Source: Candidatus Omnitrophota bacterium (lineage in GTDB: Bacteria > Omnitrophota > Gorgyraeia > Zapsychrales > Zapsychraceae). Taken from it: a DNA stretch of 64,000 bases. This document shows positions 46,456 through 55,895 of this stretch, piece after piece. Every line of letters starts with the position of its first letter. The first letter of the stretch is position 1. The position numbers and the translations under genes were made by a program. The DNA is taken from positions 8,795 to 72,794 of the forward strand of contig DOGZ01000017.1 in NCBI GenBank assembly GCA_003528115.1, in the 5' to 3' direction. The notes below the pieces were generated by a model. It saw only the letters and a program-made list of their open reading frames with translations, had not been told where the DNA came from and did not search any database.

Positions 46456-47807
46456 TGGCCGATCGATTGGCGAATATGGTTCAGAAACAAAAGACAATAA
46501 AACAGGAATTTGTCCTCTCGGGGATTGGTCTTCACACGGGCTGCCAGGTTCATGTGAGGTTTAAACCCGCGCCTGAGAATAGTGGGATAAAATTTATCCG
46601 TGTGGATTTACCCGATCATCCGGTTATTGAAGCCTCCGCGCGCAATATTCTCATAGACACGGGGATCCCCCGGTGCACTTCCATCGGTCGAGGACCGGCG
46701 GTGATTCATACCGTTGAACATCTGATGAGCACCTTGTGCGGGATCGGTATAGAGAATTTGGTCATTGAGATTGACGCCAATGAACTTCCTGGTTTGGATG
46801 GGAGCGGTCTAGAATTTTTGAGGGCAATTAAAAAGGCGGGAATCCTTGAGCAGAACGCGGCGAGCCGTTATTATGAAATCATTGAACCCATTGGTGTCAG
46901 TGAGAATGGTTCTTCGATTTATGTCGTTCCCGCTAAAGATTTTAAAGTTTCCTATACCCTTGATTATGATAATCCGCTTTTGCGGTCCCAATTTTTTAGT
47001 GCCACTATCAACGGAGAAATGTTTGAGCGGGAGATTGCGCCGTGTCGAACGTTTTGCCTGGAAGAAGAGGCCAATGAATTAAGGGCCAGAGGATTGGGGA
47101 AAGGGGCGGATTATAAAAACACCCTGGTCGTAGGTAAAGACGGCATTAAAGAGAATAAAGTCCGTTTTCCGGATGAGTTTGCGCGGCATAAGGTGGTTGA
47201 TATTGTCGGGGATCTGTATTTGTTGGGGATGCCTATTCATGGGCATGTCTTCGCCGTAAAAAGCGGACATAATTTAAATCTCAGGCTTTTAAAGAAAATC
47301 TGGGAGCAAAAGGAGAAGTATCAAAAGAAAACCAGCGCTGTCCGTTATGAGTTGGGGGATCGAAAGGTCATAGATATCAATGGTATTATGAAAATTCTTC
47401 CTCATCGTTATCCTTTCTTGCTTGTGGATCGCGTCATTGAGATTGAAAAAGGGAAAAGAGGGATCGGCATCAAGAACGTGACGATCAATGATGGTTTCTT
47501 CCAGGGGCATTTTCCCTCCAGGCCCGTGATGCCCGGGGTGATGATGATTGAGGCCATGGCGCAGGTCGCGGGGGTTGTTATGTTGACGGATGAAGTTCAT
47601 CATGGTAAAGTAGCCTTTTTCATGGCGGTAGATAATGTGAAATTTCGCAAGGTTGTGGTGCCCGGGGATCAACTGGAGATGGAAATCGAAGTTGTTAAAG
47701 AGAAATCGCGTATTGCCCAAATACATGCCACCTCAAAAGTGGATGGGGAACTCGTTGCTGAAGCCGATATGGTGTTTTCATTTACTGACGCCGCGTATTT
47801 AGATTAA
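46455..47807 (+). CDS. lpxC-fabZ: Bifunctional UDP-3-O-acyl-GlcNAc deacetylase / 3-hydroxyacyl-ACP dehydratase (LpxC-FabZ fusion)
   Basis: The N-terminal ~290 aa are LpxC. The C-terminal hot-dog domain carries the FabZ motif (ILPHRYPFLLVDRV...HFP). Confidence 0.85.
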   Translation: MADRLANMVQKQKTIKQEFVLSGIGLHTGCQVHVRFKPAPENSGIKFIRVDLPDHPVIEASARNILIDTGIPRCTSIGRGPAVIHTVEHLMSTLCGIGIENLVIEIDANELPGLDGSGLEFLRAIKKAGILEQNAASRYYEIIEPIGVSENGSSIYVVPAKDFKVSYTLDYDNPLLRSQFFSATINGEMFEREIAPCRTFCLEEEANELRARGLGKGADYKNTLVVGKDGIKENKVRFPDEFARHKVVDIVGDLYLLGMPIHGHVFAVKSGHNLNLRLLKKIWEQKEKYQKKTSAVRYELGDRKVIDINGIMKILPHRYPFLLVDRVIEIEKGKRGIGIKNVTINDGFFQGHFPSRPVMPGVMMIEAMAQVAGVVMLTDEVHHGKVAFFMAVDNVKFRKVVVPGDQLEMEIEVVKEKSRIAQIHATSKVDGELVAEADMVFSFTDAAYLD

Positions 47808-47883
47808 GGTTCGTTTTTGTTGAAAAATTTAGAGCAAACAGACACGGCGTCATGTGTTAGAAATAGGAAGCGCGGAGTATATT

Positions 47884-48669
47884 ATGGAAAATATAAACGT
47901 TCATAAAACAGCTATCATTCATGCCGGGGCCAAATTGTCTCCGGGAGTTAGTGTCGGGCCTTATTCTGTAATAGAGAGTAATGTCACCCTGGGAGATAAT
48001 GTTCTTATTGGAACTCATTGCGTCATTACCGGCAAAACAACGATTGGACGGAATTGTAAGATTTATTCCGGCGCTGTGGTCGGCAGCGCGCCGCAGGATA
48101 AGAAACATTCAACCGATGATAATGTTTTCTTGAATATCGGTGAAAATAATACGATCCGAGAATACGTCACGATTAATCCCGGGACCGTCGATGGAGGAAG
48201 CAAAACGGTTATTGGAAATGATAATCTCTTTATGGCTTACTCCCATATCGCCCATGACTGTATTATAGGGAATCATTGTGTGATGGCCAACGCGGCCACG
48301 CTGGGAGGACATGTCACCCTGGAAGATAACACGATGATTGGAGGATTAAGTGCCGTTCATCAATTTGTCCGGTTGGGGCGTCTTTGTATTGTGGGAGGAT
48401 GTTCAAAGGTGGTTCAAGACGTGCCGCCTTTTTCTATGTGCGATGGTCATCCGGCCTCAGTGACGAGCGTCAATAGTGTTGGACTAAAACGGGCGCGTGT
48501 TTCCTCAGAGACAAGCCGTTTGCTCAAAAAGGCTTTTAAAATTTTATTTCGTTCAGGCCTTGCCAGAAAACACGCCTTAGAGATTATCGCACGTGAACTT
48601 AATTCCTGCCCGGAACTGGAGCATCTCATATTTTTTTTCAAGACCTCGGAGAGAGGTGTTTGCGGTTAA
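47884..48669 (+). CDS. lpxA: Acyl-ACP--UDP-GlcNAc O-acyltransferase
   Basis: LbH repeats and an LpxA C-terminal helical domain. Confidence 0.85.
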   Translation: MENINVHKTAIIHAGAKLSPGVSVGPYSVIESNVTLGDNVLIGTHCVITGKTTIGRNCKIYSGAVVGSAPQDKKHSTDDNVFLNIGENNTIREYVTINPGTVDGGSKTVIGNDNLFMAYSHIAHDCIIGNHCVMANAATLGGHVTLEDNTMIGGLSAVHQFVRLGRLCIVGGCSKVVQDVPPFSMCDGHPASVTSVNSVGLKRARVSSETSRLLKKAFKILFRSGLARKHALEIIARELNSCPELEHLIFFFKTSERGVCG

Positions 48670-48757
48670 CGGAGTTCCAGATGCGTCGTTTCCGGTAAAA
48701 TTCAGGTCAAGTCACAATCTCACGAAACCATTTGGGGCATTATTTATCTAAGACCTT

Positions 48758-48784
48758 CGCGATCGCGGTTAATTCTTTTTTTTT
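48758..48784. repeat. GC palindrome CGCGATCGCG followed by a T9 run in the lpxA-lpxI intergenic gap
   Basis: Read directly. A second GC palindrome, CCGCGCGCGG, lies at about 48830-48839. Confidence 0.35.
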
Positions 48785-48954
48785 AGGGCTGTGTACCGTG
48801 CTCCAACCTTCTCGCCTTGAGGCCCGAAACCGCGCGCGGCCCCCAGACATAAAAATTCAACCGATTCAAACGCGAAAGTCTTGAAAAGAATGTCCTTTTC
48901 AGGTGGCCGTTTGGGTTGCGGCTTTTTTTATTGTACAGGAGCTTTGCTACGATC

Positions 48955-49758
48955 ATGAAACAACTGGGACTTATTGCTGGTAACGGGAGGTTTCCTTTCC
49001 TTTTTGCTCAAAAGGCGAGGTCGCAGAATGTCAAAGTTATCGCGGCCGCTGTCAGAGGAGACACCTCGTTCTTCCTCAGATTCGCCGTTGATAAAATAGT
49101 TTGGTTTAAAGTGGGGGAATTGCAAAATCTCTTTTCTTTCTTCAGAGAAAACGGTGTTAAAGACGTCATCATGGCTGGACAAGTCAATCCGGATAATCTT
49201 TTTGATAAGAACGTCCAGTTGGATGAACAATGGCAACGGCTCTTTAACGCGCTTAAGGATAGAAAAACAGACACGATTTTTTCAGCCGTCGCTGACCGGT
49301 TAAAGGCGGAAGGAATGGGTCTTGTTGATTCGACTTTCTTATTGCAGGAGTATTTGGCGCCGAAAGGCACTTTAACTAAACGCGGACCGACGTTGGGTGA
49401 ATTGGCTGATATTGATTTTGGAAAAGAGATCGCCAAACTCATGGGAGGGCTTGATGTCGGTCAGACGGTCGTGGTCAAAGATAGGGCGATCGTGGCGATT
49501 GAGGCGATGGAGGGGACGGACCGCGCCATCGCGCGCGGCGGCGCTATTGCCCAATCGGGAGCCGTGGTGGTCAAGATGAGTAAACCTAATCAGGATTTGC
49601 GGTTTGATGTCCCTGTCATCGGCCCGCGGACCATACAAACAATGCGCAGAAGTCGGGCCCATTGTCTTGCCGTTGAAGCGGGGAAAACATTGATGATTGA
49701 CCTAGAGAAGTGTTTGAAATTGGCCAACAAATCCAACATCTGTATTGTCGCGGCCTAA
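48955..49758 (+). CDS. lpxI: UDP-2,3-diacylglucosamine hydrolase LpxI (DUF1009)
   Basis: LGLIAGNGRFP N-terminal signature of LpxI. Start chosen at the ATG rather than the TTG that opens the ORF. Confidence 0.7.
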   Translation: MKQLGLIAGNGRFPFLFAQKARSQNVKVIAAAVRGDTSFFLRFAVDKIVWFKVGELQNLFSFFRENGVKDVIMAGQVNPDNLFDKNVQLDEQWQRLFNALKDRKTDTIFSAVADRLKAEGMGLVDSTFLLQEYLAPKGTLTKRGPTLGELADIDFGKEIAKLMGGLDVGQTVVVKDRAIVAIEAMEGTDRAIARGGAIAQSGAVVVKMSKPNQDLRFDVPVIGPRTIQTMRRSRAHCLAVEAGKTLMIDLEKCLKLANKSNICIVAA

Positions 49759-49802
49759 GGTTGAGATAGATAATAAGCCCGTCGAATAATGACCAGCCAT
49801 TC

Positions 49803-49831
49803 ATTGACACCCCAAGATTTTTTTAATATAA
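49803..49831 (+). promoter_or_regulatory. Consensus sigma70-type promoter upstream of lysS (TTGACA-N17-TATAAT)
   Basis: Perfect -35 and -10 hexamers with a 17-nt spacer, about 45 nt upstream of the lysS ATG. Confidence 0.5.
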
Positions 49832-49876
49832 TGAGGCCTTCTTAATAATAAAATTAATATATAGAAAGTAGCTAAT

Positions 49877-51343
49877 ATGGACGTCGATGAAATTAAAAAG
49901 GTTAGACTGGAAAAGTTAGGACGCCTTCAAGCCATGGGTGGCTCTCCCTACGGGATGAAGTTTGAGACATCCGAGAGTATCTCCGCGGTCTTGAAGGGTT
50001 TTATGGAAGAGAAGAAAGTGGTTTTGGCGGGCCGTATTATGGCTAACCGAAAGCATGGCAAGGCCTTATTTATAGATTTACAAGATCAAACAGGCAAAAT
50101 TCAGCTTTATATAAAAGCGGATCTTTTACCGTCCGGGAAGTTTGCGGTTGTCGAAGAGCTCGATATCGGCGATATTGTTGGCGTAAAAGGGGGGCTCTTT
50201 ATAACCAAGACGGGACAGCAGAGTGTGCGGGTGGAAGATCTGCAAGTTCTCTCCAAGTCTTTAATGTGTTTGCCGGAAAAATGGCATGGGCTTAAAGATG
50301 TTGAGATAAGATACCGGCAGAGATATGTTGATTTAATTGCCAATGACGACGTCAAACAATTATTTATTAAACGAAGCAAAATGATTACTTATATTAGGTC
50401 TTTCCTTGACCGGCAGGGGTTTTTGGAAGTTGAAACCCCTATGCTCCAGCCCATGGCCGGTGGGGCGCGGGGACGGCCGTTTAAAAGTGTTCATAACGCG
50501 TATGACATGGAGGTGTTTCTGCGCATCGCTCCAGAATTATATTTAAAACGCCTGTTGGTCGGAGGCCTGGAGCGTGTATATGAACTCAACCGTAATTTCC
50601 GCAACGAAGGGATATCCACCCGTCATAATCCTGAATTTACTATGTTAGAGGTCTATCAGGCTTTTGGCGATTATCAGGACATGATGAAATTATCTGAAGA
50701 TTTGATCAGCGGCCTGGCCCAAGAAATGACGGGATCCTACAAGGTCATGTATCAGGGGAAGGAAATTGATTTCACGCCTCCTTGGGAACGCCGGTCATTT
50801 GCCCAGGTGATTAAAGAAAAATTTCATATTGATCCCGAGGATGACGCCGAGACGATGTTGGAAAAACTGAAAGAGAAAAAAGGGGATCGGGTTAAAATTG
50901 AACGTCTGACGCGTTCGGCCGTGATGAAAATTGTTGAGGAACTCCTTGAGGAAGATGAGATTATTCATCCTGTTTTCTTCACGGATTATTTTACTTTTCT
51001 CTGTCCGCTGGCCAAGACCTTGCCGGATAGACCGGCTATTTCCCAAAGGTTCGAACTTTTTGTGGCCGGAATGGAAGTCGGCAACGCGTATTCAGAGTTG
51101 AATGATCCGCAGGAACAGCGCCGAAGGCTGACAGAAGACTTGGATGACGATATCGAGACCGGCAACAGGACATTGGATGAAGATTTCATTCATGCCCTGG
51201 AATACGGCATGCCGCCCGCCGGAGGACTTGGGATTGGTATAGACAGGCTTGTCATGCTCTTAACGGATGCCCCCTCCATCCGGGACGTGATTTTGTTTCC
51301 GCTATTGAAACCGATACAGGCAGATGCGCCACCCCAACAATGA
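49877..51343 (+). CDS. lysS: Lysine--tRNA ligase (class II)
   Basis: OB-fold anticodon-binding domain and class II motifs 1-3. Confidence 0.9.
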   Translation: MDVDEIKKVRLEKLGRLQAMGGSPYGMKFETSESISAVLKGFMEEKKVVLAGRIMANRKHGKALFIDLQDQTGKIQLYIKADLLPSGKFAVVEELDIGDIVGVKGGLFITKTGQQSVRVEDLQVLSKSLMCLPEKWHGLKDVEIRYRQRYVDLIANDDVKQLFIKRSKMITYIRSFLDRQGFLEVETPMLQPMAGGARGRPFKSVHNAYDMEVFLRIAPELYLKRLLVGGLERVYELNRNFRNEGISTRHNPEFTMLEVYQAFGDYQDMMKLSEDLISGLAQEMTGSYKVMYQGKEIDFTPPWERRSFAQVIKEKFHIDPEDDAETMLEKLKEKKGDRVKIERLTRSAVMKIVEELLEEDEIIHPVFFTDYFTFLCPLAKTLPDRPAISQRFELFVAGMEVGNAYSELNDPQEQRRRLTEDLDDDIETGNRTLDEDFIHALEYGMPPAGGLGIGIDRLVMLLTDAPSIRDVILFPLLKPIQADAPPQQ

Positions 51344-52533
51344 ACTACGAAAATTGGATTAGTTACCGTTATTTGATCGCGAGCAAAGGACGATTCCTTT
51401 CCTTTCTTAATTTCATTTCTATCGCCGGGGTGGCGATAGGGGTCATGGCCTTGATTGTAGTCACGGGGGTGATGACCGGTTTCGGCAATAACTTGCGGGA
51501 AAAAATCATCGGGACAACGCCGCATATCATGGTGGAGAAGGAAACAGGCATCCGTGATTATGAGGAAATTAAGAAACAAATAAGCGTGATTCATGGCGTC
51601 AAAGGCGTGTCTCCGTATATTCAGGGGAGTGTTTTTATTGAAAATAACGGACAAGCCATGGGCGTGGCGATACGGGGGATCGATCCTGAAACGGAAAATC
51701 AAGTCACAGAAGTTGATAAGTATTTAGTTCAGGGCAAGCTTAAGGACCTGGATGAGGAGCATGTTATTGTCGGGAGTGAATTGGCGCGATATTTTGGATA
51801 TAGTCTGGGCGATCCGATCACAATCATTTCACCAGGTTCAGGGATTGCCGGGCAGGGCTGGCGGTACGAATTGAAAATAGGAGGTGTTTTTAATACAGGG
51901 ATGGCCGACCTGGACATGAATTTGATTATCGTCCATCTACATAAAGCCCAGGGGATTTTTAATTTACCTAAAAATGTTTCGACAGGGATAGGTGTGAAAT
52001 TGTATAATCCGAACCGTGCTCGAGAAATGAAGGGTTCCTTTTATGATTTTATCGGGCGCGGATTCTTGGTGAGGACGTGGATTGATATCAATCGCAATCT
52101 TTTTGAAGCCCTTTTTCTTGAGAAATGGGGATTATTTATTATTTTGACACTCATGATCCTTGTGGCCGCTTTTAATATTGTCAGCACCCTGATCGTCTCA
52201 GTCGCAAGCAAGATCCATGATATAGGCATTTTACAGTCCATTGGAGTGACCAAGAAATCAATTCGGAGCATATTTACAAAGCAGGGACTTTTTATAGGTT
52301 TTTGCGGAACGTCCCTGGGGTTGGCGGGCGGCTGTATCATAAGTTATATATTAAAAACGTATGTGCGTGTCCCTCAGGAAATCTATTCTATTGATCATGT
52401 CCCTGTTGACTTACAATTATCCGATATGGGGATTATTGTTGTCTGCGCTATGCTGATCTGCTATTTGGCCACCATTTATCCAGCGGCCAAGGCCGCCAAA
52501 CTTCAGCCGGTTGAGGCCTTAAGATATGAATAA
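51340..52533 (+). CDS. lolE: Lipoprotein-releasing system permease (LolC/E, FtsX-like)
   Basis: 4-TM FtsX topology with a large periplasmic loop. Confidence 0.8.
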   Translation: MNYENWISYRYLIASKGRFLSFLNFISIAGVAIGVMALIVVTGVMTGFGNNLREKIIGTTPHIMVEKETGIRDYEEIKKQISVIHGVKGVSPYIQGSVFIENNGQAMGVAIRGIDPETENQVTEVDKYLVQGKLKDLDEEHVIVGSELARYFGYSLGDPITIISPGSGIAGQGWRYELKIGGVFNTGMADLDMNLIIVHLHKAQGIFNLPKNVSTGIGVKLYNPNRAREMKGSFYDFIGRGFLVRTWIDINRNLFEALFLEKWGLFIILTLMILVAAFNIVSTLIVSVASKIHDIGILQSIGVTKKSIRSIFTKQGLFIGFCGTSLGLAGGCIISYILKTYVRVPQEIYSIDHVPVDLQLSDMGIIVVCAMLICYLATIYPAAKAAKLQPVEALRYE

Positions 52534-52574
52534 AATTTTTTTGCGTTGTTCAAGCGGAAAAGGATGTATCGTCA

Positions 52575-53264
52575 GTGATTCTTGAGGCGGTTGATGTTCA
52601 TAAATCCTATTACAATCCTGAAAATACGCTGCATATTTTAAAAGGGATTGATTTGAGGGTCAAGGAAGGGGAGGTTGTCTCCATTGTAGGGCCATCCGGC
52701 GCGGGAAAGTCTACGTTGTTGCATATCATGGGCGGACTGGATCGTCCTAATAAAGGCAAGGTTGTTCTCGATGGAGATAATGTTTACAGCCTTAATGATG
52801 CCGACCGGGCCAGGATGAGAAATCAAAAGGTCGGATTTGTCTTTCAGTTTTATCATCTGCTTCCGGAATTTACGGCCTTGGAAAATGTTATTCTGCCGGC
52901 CTTGATTCAGCAAAATCAGGGAAAACGGAAAAGTTTCGAGACCCGGGGGTTGGAAATTTTAAAGGGTGTTGGTTTACAGAAAAGGGCGGAACACAAGCCG
53001 CATCAATTATCCGGTGGAGAGCAGCAGCGCGTGGCGATTGCCCGCGCCTTAATCAATGAGCCTAAGGTGATTTTTTGCGATGAGCCGACCGGAAATCTGG
53101 ATTCCGAGAGCGGAGAGGAAATTATCCGTTTATTGATGGAGTTAAATAAGAAGAATAAACAGACCCTTGTGATTGTCACGCATGATGAGGGTATCGCCGG
53201 GCTGTCGCATCGGAGAATTCAGATGCGCGACGGTAGGTTAACATCAGGGGGAGAGGCGTCATGA
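52575..53264 (+). CDS. lolD: Lipoprotein-releasing system ATP-binding protein
   Basis: Walker A GPSGAGKST, LSGGEQQR signature, GTG start. Confidence 0.8.
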   Translation: MILEAVDVHKSYYNPENTLHILKGIDLRVKEGEVVSIVGPSGAGKSTLLHIMGGLDRPNKGKVVLDGDNVYSLNDADRARMRNQKVGFVFQFYHLLPEFTALENVILPALIQQNQGKRKSFETRGLEILKGVGLQKRAEHKPHQLSGGEQQRVAIARALINEPKVIFCDEPTGNLDSESGEEIIRLLMELNKKNKQTLVIVTHDEGIAGLSHRRIQMRDGRLTSGGEAS

Positions 53265-54124
53265 AAATTTACTTGAACGGCGAATTTGTCGATAAAAAAG
53301 ATGCCAAAGTCTCGGTGTTTGATCATGGGTTTCTTTACGGTGATGGGGCGTTTGAGGGCATAAGATCTTATGACAGGCTTGTTTTTAAACTCCAAGAACA
53401 CATCGACCGGCTTTATGAAACGATGCACACGCTCATGATAACGGTGGACCTGGACAAAAAACAAATGATGAAAGTGGTCGTGAACACCCTCAAGAAAAAT
53501 AATCTCCGGGACGCGTACATCCGGGTGATTGTCACACGGGGGGAAGGGGATTTGGGTTTAGATCCCAAGAAATGTTACGGGAAGGCGAGCGTTATTGTCA
53601 TCGCCGATAAAATTACTCTTTATCCGGAGGAATTGTATAAAAAGGGGATGGAGATTATCACGGTGCCAACGGTGAGAAATTGTCCCGAGGCCTTGAATCC
53701 TCAACTGAAATCCTTGAATTATCTGAATAATATCCTGGCCAAGATTGAGGCGAACAATTCCGGTTATTGTGAAGCGATCATGTTGGATCATTTAGGGTAT
53801 GTGGCCGAATGCACGGGCGATAATATTTTTATTGTGAAGCATAATATTCTTTCAACACCCAGCCAGGGGCGATTGCGGGGTATTACAAGGGAGACCGTAT
53901 TGGAGTTGGCCGTTCAATGCAAGATTGAGACCAGAGAAACATTGATGACCCGTCATGAAGTTTATATAGCAGATGAGTGCTTTCTCACAGGTACCGCCGC
54001 GGAAATTATTCCGGTGGTTAAGGTCGACGGACGGACGATCGGCAGCGGCCAACCGGGGCCGGTGACCAACAAGATTATGAAGATGTTTAAGATGGTCACA
54101 AGACAAGACGGCGAGAAGTATTGA
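53261..54124 (+). CDS. ilvE: Branched-chain amino acid aminotransferase (fold type IV)
   Basis: FDHGFLYGDGAFEG and the class IV catalytic region. Confidence 0.85.
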   Translation: MKIYLNGEFVDKKDAKVSVFDHGFLYGDGAFEGIRSYDRLVFKLQEHIDRLYETMHTLMITVDLDKKQMMKVVVNTLKKNNLRDAYIRVIVTRGEGDLGLDPKKCYGKASVIVIADKITLYPEELYKKGMEIITVPTVRNCPEALNPQLKSLNYLNNILAKIEANNSGYCEAIMLDHLGYVAECTGDNIFIVKHNILSTPSQGRLRGITRETVLELAVQCKIETRETLMTRHEVYIADECFLTGTAAEIIPVVKVDGRTIGSGQPGPVTNKIMKMFKMVTRQDGEKY

Positions 54125-54189
54125 CGGCGCAGTAGGGAATAGGAAGGGTCAAGGATAAAGGAAAAGGTTGATTGAATAAAGGAAATACC

Positions 54190-54690
54190 ATGCTGTGTGA
54201 TATCTGTGGTAAAAAGAAGGCAACCGTTCATTTGACGGAAATCGTCGATGAGCAGATGTCTGAAATGCATTTGTGTGAAGAGTGCGCCCGAGAAAAAAGC
54301 GTGCAAATGGAACAGCAGTTCGGCCTGGCGGATTTACTCGCCGGGTTGTCGGATTTCGGCAAACAGGTTAAGAATGTGCCGAAAGTCAACATTAAATGCT
54401 CCAACTGCGGGTTGAATTATGATGATTTCCGGAAGTTCGGCCGGTTGGGATGCAGTCTGTGTTATGAGTCTTTTAAAGCGCATTTAGCGTCGCTGTTAAA
54501 GAAAATCCACGGTTCAGATCGTCATGTGGGCAAGACACCTGTGAAAATCCCCCACGCCGAGAGAATGAAAATGGATGACTTGCAAGAATTGAAGAACCAG
54601 TTGCAGCATGCCATCCAGGTGGAAGACTTTGAGTTGGCGGCGCGGTTACGCGACCAAATCCGTGAATTAGAAAAGAAAGAAGAGCAATAA
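54190..54690 (+). CDS. mcsA: Protein-arginine kinase activator McsA (zinc fingers plus UVR motif)
   Basis: Two CxxC pairs (CDICG...CEEC; CSNCG...CSLC) and a C-terminal UvrB/C motif. Confidence 0.75.
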   Translation: MLCDICGKKKATVHLTEIVDEQMSEMHLCEECAREKSVQMEQQFGLADLLAGLSDFGKQVKNVPKVNIKCSNCGLNYDDFRKFGRLGCSLCYESFKAHLASLLKKIHGSDRHVGKTPVKIPHAERMKMDDLQELKNQLQHAIQVEDFELAARLRDQIRELEKKEEQ

Positions 54691-54733
54691 ATTCTATTTG
54701 TTGTGGGAATGTCGATAGACGCAGGAGAGAAGG

Positions 54734-55786
54734 ATGACCATAGATGATTTTATTAAAAATACGGGGCAGTGGTTAAAAGGGACGGGCGAGCATTCCAATA
54801 TCGTTATGTCGTCCCGTGTGCGGTTGGCGCGTAATTTAGCGAAGAGGCCGTTTCCCAATAAGGCCCGAAAAAAAGATCTGGAGGAAATTCTATCGACGGT
54901 CCATGAGACTGTCAATGAGATTGAGCATTTTAAAGATTCCATTTTCTTAAAAATCAGCGAACTGGATAATATCGATAAGCAATTTCTCATAGAACGGCAT
55001 CTGATGAGTCACGAGCATGCGGCCAACCCCGACGGCAAGGCCCTGGTGGTTTCCCCGGAAGAGGTATTGTCCGTGATGATCAACGAAGAAGATCACCTGC
55101 GGATTCAAGTCATGCAATCCGGATTTAATTTGGATGAGACCTGGAGAATCGCGGATTCTGTCGATGACGCTTTGTCGTCTAAGTTGGACTTCGCTTATTC
55201 CATCCAGTGGGGGTATTTGACGGCCTGTCCGACAAATACAGGCACCGCGATGCGCGGTTCCGTGATGCTTCATTTGCCGGCATTAGTGACGACCAAACAG
55301 ATTAATAAAGTGTTGGCGGCTATTTCCAAATTAAATTTTGCATCGCGCGGTTTTTACGGCGAAGGAACGCAGGCCAGCGGGAATTTTTATCAAATATCCA
55401 ATCAGGTCTCGATGGGGCACAGTGAGCAGGAGGTTATTCAAAATATCAATGGCCTGATTCGACAGGTCATTGAACAGGAAGAACAGGCCCGCCAGGCGCT
55501 GCTCCTCCAGAATAAACCCATGTTAGAAGATAAAATTTTCCGGTCCTGCGGCCTTTTAAGAAACGCGCACATCATTTCAAGTCAGGAAACCGTCGAATTA
55601 TTATCCATGGTCCGTCTGGGCGTTGATTTGGGCATTATTAAGGACGTGGATCGAAAGACGATTAATGAACTGTTCATCATGATTCAACCCGCGCATTTGC
55701 AGAAAATTGAAGGAAAGAAATTAACCGCCACGGAACGAGACACGAAAAGAGCGGCGTTGATTCGGCAGAAAATTGACGGGGGATAA
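54734..55786 (+). CDS. mcsB: Protein arginine kinase McsB (phosphagen-kinase fold)
   Basis: ATP:guanido phosphotransferase catalytic domain motifs. Confidence 0.85.
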   Translation: MTIDDFIKNTGQWLKGTGEHSNIVMSSRVRLARNLAKRPFPNKARKKDLEEILSTVHETVNEIEHFKDSIFLKISELDNIDKQFLIERHLMSHEHAANPDGKALVVSPEEVLSVMINEEDHLRIQVMQSGFNLDETWRIADSVDDALSSKLDFAYSIQWGYLTACPTNTGTAMRGSVMLHLPALVTTKQINKVLAAISKLNFASRGFYGEGTQASGNFYQISNQVSMGHSEQEVIQNINGLIRQVIEQEEQARQALLLQNKPMLEDKIFRSCGLLRNAHIISSQETVELLSMVRLGVDLGIIKDVDRKTINELFIMIQPAHLQKIEGKKLTATERDTKRAALIRQKIDGG

Positions 55787-55895
55787 TGTCTCGAGAATTA
55801 TCGGCTTTTATCAAACGTACCCGTTATAAAACTTACGCTTCACATTTATCATATTTTCATTATTTTGGAGCGGTTCAACGAGGAGGTCATCGGAT

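Noticed and set aside
48916-48954. TTG-initiated N-terminal extension of lpxI (MRLFLLYRSFATI)
   Set aside because: The extension would overlap a hairpin and T-run. The conserved LpxI N-terminus begins at MKQLGLIAGNG, so the ATG at 48955 is preferred.
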